DNA of 64,000 nt from positions 1 to 64,000 of the IMG/VR virus record IMGVR_UViG_3300036985_010228. One strand, 5' to 3'. Source of the DNA: a virus. Position 1 is the first letter of the stretch. The number at the start of each line of letters is the position of its first letter. The notes beneath the pieces are model-generated. The model was not told the DNA's origin. It ran no database searches and saw only the letters and a list, made by a program, of their open reading frames with translations. The translations under genes were made by a program, and so were the position numbers. This document shows positions 56,610 to 64,000 of this stretch, piece by piece.

Positions 56610-59600
56610 ATGGCTACGGATCCCACACCCAAGTCTCGTGCGACCGGCGGCCTGGTCACAGTCCTCCCGGCGTCTGTGACCGGGCCGACCGTCCAGAACC
56701 CGGCCCCCTTCGACCAAGAGGGCCAGGTTGACGAGTCGCGTGTCCGGGCTGTCGCCGACCAGATCACGACGGTCTTCCTCAACTCGCTCCCGTCGAACTA
56801 CGTCGCGGAGACGAAGGGGCCGTACTACGCCCAGCAATTCCAGGCGATTGCGGAGGAACTCGCCCGTATTCAGGTCACCTCGGAGGACGCCTACGAGGAC
56901 GCGGACTACAACTTCACGCGCCCAGAAGTCCTCTTCCAGTTCCTCGCGGACCTGATCTTCCCGACCTCCGCCGAGACGGGCCTGCCGAATCTCGACGGCG
57001 ACCTCACCTACAGGGCGTTCCTTCAGAAAATGGTCGTGTTGCTCCTCAAGGGCAGCAAGACCGTCACGCTCCTCGAAGGCGTCGAGGCTCTCACCGACGC
57101 TGAAGTCTCGGTCCTCGACGAGTCCGACTTCATTGGGAAGCCGGGCGTCGGCTGGGGGGTCGCGAACCGGTTCACGTTCGAGGTCAACGTCTCGAACCAC
57201 CACCGGACGACTGGTGGCAGCACGGTTGACCCCCACTACCACACGGTCAAGATCAATGCGGCGGGCGAGGGCGTCACCACGGGGATCACCTGGGCGGACG
57301 GCTCTGGTCCTGACCACGTCCACGTCATTCTGGGGTTCCTCGTCGCAGAGGCTTCGGCGACGGGCCTCCCGGCGCACACGCACGACCTGCTCTCGGACTT
57401 CGCCAATCTCCCGATCATTCTCGCGCAGAACGTCGCGATCGTCATGCGGGCGCTCCGCCCCGCGCACACGCTCTACGAGTACCGCAACCTCTTCCGCGAG
57501 ACGTACCGCCACGTCTTCACCGACGACTACCAGAAGCTCGAACTCGACTCGTACTACTACGACGACTTCCGGAAATACTGCACAGGCGTCAAGGAGATTG
57601 GCTCCTCCACCGGGGTTATTTTCGCCGACAGGTACACGCTCAACGACGTGGTGAGCTTCCGGTCGGTCCGGGTCGGGGCTCCGCTCGTGATCGCCTCTGG
57701 GGCGAACGCGGGTCGCTACCTCGTCCGTGAGGTGCTCTCATTCCCGTTCGGTGACGACCCGGTCGCTCGGGCGTACACAACCTCGCCTACGGGACTGAGC
57801 GGCACGGCCAGCGTCGTGGACGGGGCGTTCGTTGACCTCCTTCAGGATTGGGCGCTCGCCGTCCCAGGGGAGGTTCTCACCTTCGCGGTCGGACCCAACG
57901 CAGGTCGGTACGTCCTGGAGACGGTCCTCGGCTTGAACGGCGGCCCGGTCGGTTCGGCTGCTGGCCCTGCAACTGAGGTTCGCCCTGCGGTCTGCTTCCT
58001 GCGGGTTGGCCCCAAGTTCCCGGCGGCAGCCAGCGGTGTGGCCTACACGGTCGAAGTGGACCGCCTCGGCATTCGGTCCTCGATTGAGGTCACGAACGAG
58101 GACGTGGCGAGCCAGTTCTTCGCGCCTCCTGCTGGCGGCCAGGCGAGCTTCTTCACGGCTCGCGGGCCTCTCGTCAGGCGCTACGGGGACGCGACCCCGG
58201 CGACCCGTTCGGACGTGACGGTCCTCTACGACGGGGTGCCTGTCGCAGTCTCCGACGTGAACCCGTACACCGGGGAGGTCACGCTTTCCGCCCCGCTCGC
58301 GAGGTTTGCTCCTGGGGCGCACACGGTCACGATCTCGTACCGGTGGTTCCCTGCCCCGCTCATGGGCTTCGCTGGGCTCAACACGAAGGGTGTCACGCTC
58401 AATCGGTGGAGCTTGGCGGGCGGTCGGAACACGACCTCGCCGACCTCTGGCGGGTACTGGGGCGGCTTTCGGACCTCGCGGTTCCCGCTGTCCCTCGGGC
58501 TCGGCAGGTTCCCCAAGAGGAAGCCCCCGGTCAGGATCGCCCACAGGTACATTGCCTTCGAGCGCGCCTACACCTCGGCCCTGAACTCCCCGACGACGCT
58601 GCTCCTCAATCAGGCCCCAGGCAGGGTCTCGGTCCCCTACGCTGAGGCTGACGTTGTACCGACGGCAGTTCAGTACGAGGGCACGGCCAGCCCAGCAACT
58701 CCGTGGACAGCTAAGGGCTCGGTCACGGGCACCTCTGACGGTGACCGCTACACGCTCACGGACTCCAGCACGACAGAGGTGGGCTACTGGTCGCAGGACT
58801 TCGAGCTTCCTGTCGCTTCGGTGGTGGGGACGGCGGCCCGGTTCCAGATCGAGAGCTACACGCTCGACGGGGTGTTCACGGGTGTCGGGTTCGGGATCCA
58901 CAACGACCGGCGGCTCTACCTGGCGGGTGCGCTCGTCGTCAACGGGCTCAAGCACATTGGCCTCTTGGCCCGGCCCGGTGAACTCAATGCACTGAGTTCG
59001 TGGATCGTCGGCCCTCTCGCCAACAGCACGATCCTCGCCCCCAAGATCGTAACCTGCACGCTTGCTCAGGCACCGAAGCTGCTGGCCTCCGGGCAGAAGT
59101 TTCAGATCCTCTCTGGCAATCAGGCGGGCGTCTACACGGTCGATCAGGTCTTCCTCGACCGCAGGCGCAACCTCGCCACGATCACGATCGTCGAGACGTT
59201 CCCAGGCAATCCCGCCCTCTTCGGCAACAAGTACGTCGATCTCGTCTTCGAGACAGCATGGGACGCCGGGCAATGCACCTGGCGGCTCTACGCCAGCACC
59301 CGCAACGACTCAGTGCAGCTTGTGTTCGGCGGGGCGACCGGCGGCACGCTCGCCACTGTCTCGGGCGGACCAGTTCTGGCCTCTCCGGCGTACCTCGGGC
59401 CTGACGTTCTTCCGCAGGGCTCGGGCCGCTACCTCTGGGGCTCGTTCGACCGCAAGGCCACGAACACGACGACGTGGGACTTCGTTCGGTACCTGTCCAC
59501 GCCCGACGGTGGAACTCGGTTCTCGCGTGGCACCGTCGTAGACACGCAAATGACTGGGGACCCGGAGGACGCCGAGTGGTTCCTCACGACGCCCTATGGT

Positions 59601-62147
59601 GACTCGGCGACGGCGGGCGGGCTTCTTCGGATCACGGCAACCCCTGCTGAGGTCAACCTCGACACGTCCTACGGCTACGGGCTGGTGGACCCGTTCCTGA
59701 ACGGTCGTCGAGTCTCTGCGTTCGACGCCAAGCTCAATCTCGACCGGGACACCTCAGGGGCGGGTGGTGCTGCCCTCACCATGAAGGACACCCACCGCGA
59801 GGCGCGGCTCGGGAACATTCTCTACCAGGACAACGGAGCGAGCGGGAAGCTCGTCTTCGCCCAGCCGTCGTTCTCTCTCGTGGGGGCAACACCACCTACC
59901 TCGCAGGGGTGGGCGGCGTTCACTGACCCTGGGTTTGGAACTCCGACCACCTTCGCGAACGGACCTGAGACTCTGCTGACAGGGGCGGGCGGGCTCGTCC
60001 CGTGGCTCTGGGTCCAGGCGCTCCCCACTCCTGCAATCAGCACAGGCCGCACTTGCGAGTTCCGGCTCTCGGTGAATGACTACGCGCTGAGCGGGTCGGG
60101 CACGACGGGCCTGAGCTTCTTGGCGAGCGTCAGCAACAGGATCGTGGCCGTCACGTTCACTGGGCCGGACCTCGTCAATCTAGTGGACGTGACTGGGCCG
60201 GTTCTGGCGAGCGCCGCTGTTCCGTGGAGTGACGGGGCACGGCGCACCTACCGCCTGGAGGTGAGCCCCTCCGCCAACCTCGTCGAACTCTACGTGGACG
60301 ACGTGCTGGCCACGTCGTTCGCCTTCGTCGCGTTCCCGCTCTTCGCAGCTACCGCAGACGGGCTCTCGTTCGGATACCTGGCTGAGGTCGGGGCTTCGTT
60401 CGAGGTCTCCCTGAACAGCCTCTGCTTCATGGAGCGGCTCGACGGGGTGGCCAACCTTCACCGGACGTTTGGGATCTGGAAGGGCGGAGACTTCTCGAAC
60501 CTCGACAACTGGGAGATCCCCCGGTCCGACGGCCTGAGCGTCCCCAACTCCGACCCCGCCTCGGCTCCCGTGGACATGGACTGGCGCTCGGAGTGCTGGG
60601 TCCGTCTGTTCGTGGACCCGACGTTCGGTGCAGTCTTCCTTCGACCTGACCTGCCCGCTCCTCCGGGGTACACAGGTGACTTCGCCACGCAGTCGCTCGA
60701 CCCGACAGCTTCTTGGGCTCGCGTCGATTACGCCAAGCTCCCCAGGGCAGAGAGCGACACCAGGTTCGGGTCCGTCTTCTTCGGCGCGCTCAATCCGGCG
60801 GCCTCGACGATCCAGTTCTGGAACGAGGTCCGCTACCGGGTCTTCACGCACACCTCCATTGACTACCGAGCGCCCCAGCGAATGGCGCTCAATCAGTGGA
60901 ACGTCATTTCGAGCGGCGACTACCTGAAGGACCGGACCCCTGAGCAGGTCATTGTCGCGGCCTTGACCCCCACGAGGGTCAGCCTCCGCCCGGCGCATAT
61001 CTTCGCGAACCGAGTCTTCCAGGTCATTGTCGAAGGGGTGCCTCTCGCGCAGGCCACCTGGCGCTTCAACGCCGACAGCCAGGAGATCACCCTCTTCAAC
61101 GCACTGCCCTCGACGGGCTACCCGGTCACGGTCGTCTTCGCGGTCGGCAAGCCGGTCACGACCACCTACCTCCAGAGCCAACCGCTCCCTGAGTCGCAGA
61201 CGATCCTCAATGAGGGGACGCCCGTCGTTCCAATGGGGCAGGTCGGCCAGGCGACGGTCTCCACTGTCTCGGGTGACGGCGGGCCGACGCCTGCCTTCCC
61301 TCCAGCGGTCCCTGCGGACCCAGCGTACTTCCTCCGGGACCAGTACCTCGTCCGGAAGTTCGTGGACGACCCGGACCTGCTGTACGAGCAAATGGACTTC
61401 TTCCAACTGGAGGACGACGGCGTCCGGGGGAAGATCTCGTCCTTCTGCGACGGTCCAGGAAACGGCACGGGCCTCCGCGAACTCGGCCTCGACGGGTCGA
61501 GCTTCACCGAGAACCTCTCCCCAGTCACGTCTCCGTCGGCCTCCAACTTCGGTCGGGGTGCCGGACGGTTCGGCCCAGTGCTGTTCGCCTCGGGCGGGCG
61601 CGCAGGAGTCATGGGGCTCCTCGGACCTGCCAGCTACGTCACTCCCTTCTCAGGTCCCAATCCGGCCCCCACCGGACTGCGGGCGGCAATGCTCTCGCCG
61701 ACAGGACCCTCGGCAGGGGTGGTACCCGGCTCAGGCGAAGGTGCAATCAACAGGGAGGTCTTCTGGGTGCTCAGGCTGGGCTCCAGCCCAGGCTCGGTCC
61801 TCGCGAATGCGATCCCGCCGATCGACACCCCACTGATCGAGGGGACGATCCTCCTTCCAATCGTTCCGGTCACGGCGGACCAGAGCTACGCCTCGGCTGG
61901 CCCGGCCCCAATCAGCCCGTCGGTCGCAGGTCCCGCCACAGGTGCCGCCTGGTATCAAATGGCTGCGGCGGCCTCGTACCCACGATTGGGTCCATGGGCG
62001 GGCTTGGCGGCCCTGACCACGAACTCGCTTCTGTACGGGTCCTCGTCCCTTCAGCCCTCAGGCGTCCCGCTCTCAGGACAAGGTATGGTTCTTCGAGGTG
62101 GCATTCCTCTGCCTGCGGCCCCGGTTCCGGTGTCCGGGGTGCTCTGA
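56610..62147 (+). CDS. Giant baseplate/tail protein (1845 aa)
   Basis: Wedge-like N-terminus (YRAFLQKMV.LLLKGS...MRALRPAHTL) following the baseplate J gene, then multiple beta-rich domains. Confidence 0.75.
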   Translation: MATDPTPKSRATGGLVTVLPASVTGPTVQNPAPFDQEGQVDESRVRAVADQITTVFLNSLPSNYVAETKGPYYAQQFQAIAEELARIQVTSEDAYEDADYNFTRPEVLFQFLADLIFPTSAETGLPNLDGDLTYRAFLQKMVVLLLKGSKTVTLLEGVEALTDAEVSVLDESDFIGKPGVGWGVANRFTFEVNVSNHHRTTGGSTVDPHYHTVKINAAGEGVTTGITWADGSGPDHVHVILGFLVAEASATGLPAHTHDLLSDFANLPIILAQNVAIVMRALRPAHTLYEYRNLFRETYRHVFTDDYQKLELDSYYYDDFRKYCTGVKEIGSSTGVIFADRYTLNDVVSFRSVRVGAPLVIASGANAGRYLVREVLSFPFGDDPVARAYTTSPTGLSGTASVVDGAFVDLLQDWALAVPGEVLTFAVGPNAGRYVLETVLGLNGGPVGSAAGPATEVRPAVCFLRVGPKFPAAASGVAYTVEVDRLGIRSSIEVTNEDVASQFFAPPAGGQASFFTARGPLVRRYGDATPATRSDVTVLYDGVPVAVSDVNPYTGEVTLSAPLARFAPGAHTVTISYRWFPAPLMGFAGLNTKGVTLNRWSLAGGRNTTSPTSGGYWGGFRTSRFPLSLGLGRFPKRKPPVRIAHRYIAFERAYTSALNSPTTLLLNQAPGRVSVPYAEADVVPTAVQYEGTASPATPWTAKGSVTGTSDGDRYTLTDSSTTEVGYWSQDFELPVASVVGTAARFQIESYTLDGVFTGVGFGIHNDRRLYLAGALVVNGLKHIGLLARPGELNALSSWIVGPLANSTILAPKIVTCTLAQAPKLLASGQKFQILSGNQAGVYTVDQVFLDRRRNLATITIVETFPGNPALFGNKYVDLVFETAWDAGQCTWRLYASTRNDSVQLVFGGATGGTLATVSGGPVLASPAYLGPDVLPQGSGRYLWGSFDRKATNTTTWDFVRYLSTPDGGTRFSRGTVVDTQMTGDPEDAEWFLTTPYGDSATAGGLLRITATPAEVNLDTSYGYGLVDPFLNGRRVSAFDAKLNLDRDTSGAGGAALTMKDTHREARLGNILYQDNGASGKLVFAQPSFSLVGATPPTSQGWAAFTDPGFGTPTTFANGPETLLTGAGGLVPWLWVQALPTPAISTGRTCEFRLSVNDYALSGSGTTGLSFLASVSNRIVAVTFTGPDLVNLVDVTGPVLASAAVPWSDGARRTYRLEVSPSANLVELYVDDVLATSFAFVAFPLFAATADGLSFGYLAEVGASFEVSLNSLCFMERLDGVANLHRTFGIWKGGDFSNLDNWEIPRSDGLSVPNSDPASAPVDMDWRSECWVRLFVDPTFGAVFLRPDLPAPPGYTGDFATQSLDPTASWARVDYAKLPRAESDTRFGSVFFGALNPAASTIQFWNEVRYRVFTHTSIDYRAPQRMALNQWNVISSGDYLKDRTPEQVIVAALTPTRVSLRPAHIFANRVFQVIVEGVPLAQATWRFNADSQEITLFNALPSTGYPVTVVFAVGKPVTTTYLQSQPLPESQTILNEGTPVVPMGQVGQATVSTVSGDGGPTPAFPPAVPADPAYFLRDQYLVRKFVDDPDLLYEQMDFFQLEDDGVRGKISSFCDGPGNGTGLRELGLDGSSFTENLSPVTSPSASNFGRGAGRFGPVLFASGGRAGVMGLLGPASYVTPFSGPNPAPTGLRAAMLSPTGPSAGVVPGSGEGAINREVFWVLRLGSSPGSVLANAIPPIDTPLIEGTILLPIVPVTADQSYASAGPAPISPSVAGPATGAAWYQMAAAASYPRLGPWAGLAALTTNSLLYGSSSLQPSGVPLSGQGMVLRGGIPLPAAPVPVSGVL

Positions 62148-62211
62148 TACTTGGGGATCGCTACGTCGCCTATCTTCCGCGAAGGGAGCGGCCTCACCTG
62201 AGCAGGATTGA

Positions 62212-62844
62212 ATGCGACAGAAGGACTCAATGCCTAGGCCGAAGCAAGGCTTCAAAATGGGAGCAGCCATTCGCTACAACGACGCGATCCTGGGCGCGAA
62301 GGGCAAGTTCCTTATCGAGCTTCGGGACTCCCGCACGGGCGACCTTCTCCACTACGAGGAGAAGGACAATATCATCACGCTCGACGGCGGCGTGCTGGCG
62401 GCAATGCTCTTTGCTGCTGGAGCCACCAGCACGAGCGGGATCACCATGCTCTCGGTCGGCACAGGGGCGACCGGCCCGCTGCTGAACCCAGACGCTCCGG
62501 ACCCCCGGCAGAGGCACCTCAACGCCGAGATTGCGCGCAAGCCGTTCTCCAGCGTGACGTTCCGAACCTCGGCAGGCGCTGTGTCTTCGGTGCCCACGAA
62601 CGTCGTGGACTTCACCACGATCTTCGGTGAGGGTGAGGCGGTCGGCCCGCTCAACGAAATGGGCCTGCTGCGGACGATCTCCATGAACCCGCTGGTGCTG
62701 AACCCGGTCCCCTCGGTGTTCCCCGCATACGACCCCACTGTCGATCTGACCTTGTTCGACGTGGAGGTCAACGCACTTACATTTTCTGTCGTCTCAAAGC
62801 CAAGTACCTCAATACTTTCGGTCACTTGGCGGCTTACATTCTGA
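62212..62844 (+). CDS. Tail-collar / fibre-attachment-like protein
   Basis: DNIITLDG...ITMLSVGTG...LNAEIARK...FTTIFGEGEAVGPLNEMGL...VSKPSTSILSVTWRLTF. The start may instead be 62230 or 62257. Confidence 0.75.
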   Translation: MRQKDSMPRPKQGFKMGAAIRYNDAILGAKGKFLIELRDSRTGDLLHYEEKDNIITLDGGVLAAMLFAAGATSTSGITMLSVGTGATGPLLNPDAPDPRQRHLNAEIARKPFSSVTFRTSAGAVSSVPTNVVDFTTIFGEGEAVGPLNEMGLLRTISMNPLVLNPVPSVFPAYDPTVDLTLFDVEVNALTFSVVSKPSTSILSVTWRLTF

Positions 62845-62887
62845 TCTTGGCACACCACTAGATACTTCACCGTGGTATCATAGTGTC

Positions 62888-64000
62888 GTGACCAACAAGC
62901 TGACCTGCATGGTGTGCGGAAGAGTCGGGTTCCTTCGCCTTCCGAGACACCTGAGCCAGATACACAAGATGGGTGGGGACGAGTACTGTGCCCTCTTCCC
63001 AGGTTCAATCCTGGAGGTCCCGTCGGCGGGAACGCCAAAGTGCGCTTCCTGTGGTGTCCCCGTCGAAGGCTACAGCCCACGGGCGGCGAACGTGAAGTGC
63101 GAGGAATGCAGGACCACCCCAACCTACCGCAAGAAGGGTGCGGGCGACCCCAAGCTCGTCACTTGTTGTCTGTGCGGCCTGTCCCGGAAAAGACTCGGAG
63201 AGCACCTGGAAAACAAGCACTCCCTCACACCCGCAGAGTACACCACAGCCTATCCTGGTGCTCTTGTGGGGGTTCCTGGAACCCGTGCTCGATCAGAGGG
63301 TTGCAAGGAGAAAATGAGGGCAACTGCAAAGATTCGGTGGGCGAGCCCTGGGGAGAGGGAGGCCCAATCTACTCGTCTGAAAGAGTCTGCCCCCTGGAAG
63401 GGAAAACACCTAGGTCCAAGGCACCGGGGAGCAATCTCACTCGGTGGTACAGGCGTGCCACACACCCTTACCAGCGAACAACGAAGACAGAGGGGTATGC
63501 GGGGCAAACAGGTTCTTGGGGTTGTTCGCCAGCAACCCGGACATTCAGAGAGTCTCTCTCAAGGCCAGAAGTCCCGGCGTTTACACGACCCGCTAGTTGG
63601 GTTCAGCAATCCTGAGACGCGCCGCAAGTCCCTCACCTCCCGGATCAAGAACGGCACCCTTGCTCCGCAAGGATCTGGTCGTGGTATCTGTGGTTTTCGG
63701 GTGGGCATCCCCCACTACTGCCGCTCGACTCTGGAGGCAAACTTCGCTCGTGTGTTGACCCACTTCAAGGTCCGGTACAACTACGAGCCAAAGGTGTTCA
63801 AGCTCGCCTCAGGGTCAATCTACATCCCCGACTTCTACCTGCTCGACCCGATCCCTGAGCTTGGCGTTCCTGCGGGCTGGGTCGAGTTGAAGGGCTGGCG
63901 GAAGGCAGACGGGACCGTTACCTCTCAAGCAAAGATTGGTGCCTTCGTCCAGGAGTACGGTAGCCCCATAGTGGTGATCGCTGAACGCGACCCTCTGTGG
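62888..64000 (+). mobile_element. Free-standing PD-(D/E)XK endonuclease with N-terminal zinc fingers, truncated by the window end (not in ORF track)
   Basis: Own translation, open from GTG 62888 to the end: CMVCG...LPRHLSQIH, CASCG, CCLCG...LGEHLENKH, then RSTLEANFARVL...YEPKVF...YIPDFYL...WVELKGW. Confidence 0.8.

Noticed and set aside
9885-61406. Many long antisense ORFs (e.g. 9885..11735, 17175..18866, 50145..52517, 57738..59273, 60180..61406)
   Set aside because: They mirror well-supported genes, have Arg/Val/Gly-rich shadow composition and carry no motifs.
62914-63615. 233-aa track ORF
   Set aside because: It is an alternative frame of the motif-bearing endonuclease ORF starting at 62888, which the track missed because it has no stop in the window.
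1-64000. Stop-codon reassignment, tRNA or rRNA genes
   Set aside because: Genes are long and tightly packed under the standard code, with TGA, TAG and TAA all used as stops; no cloverleaf or rRNA signatures were seen in the short intergenic gaps.

Overview
This window is a GC-rich (roughly two-thirds G+C by eye), densely coding stretch of what looks like a large tailed myovirus-type phage genome or prophage. The host cannot be identified from the sequence. It contains very large virion/baseplate proteins (1474, 1839, 1142 and 1845 aa; gp25/GPW-like, baseplate J-like, tail-collar-like) and a cluster of modular Gly-rich fibre genes (33.5-43.7 kb). A replication block holds UvrD-like, SNF2-like and DnaB-like helicases, a DnaC-like protein, a stand-alone CHC2 zinc finger and a family A DNA polymerase. 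Accessory enzymes include a papain-like C1 peptidase, a deoxyribosyltransferase-like/NUDIX fusion, a C39 peptidase/pyrophosphatase-like fusion and a tandem cold-shock-domain protein. There are three free-standing homing-type endonucleases plus an HNH protein. The most notable signals are four. (1) A recurring basic amphipathic R/K-x-A peptide tag on unrelated enzymes, a candidate head-cargo packaging/processing system. (2) Strong synonymous avoidance of CATC/GATG and of many 6-bp palindromes, which breaks down in recently acquired segments. (3) A conserved upstream motif, TTKC-N3-5-CTAT-N11-12-(G)(T/C)AG, that may be a phage promoter. (4) Start-codon-sequestering hairpins in front of all three homing-endonuclease cassettes. 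No tRNA, rRNA or CRISPR array was seen. All family assignments come from motif recognition by eye; no database search was run.
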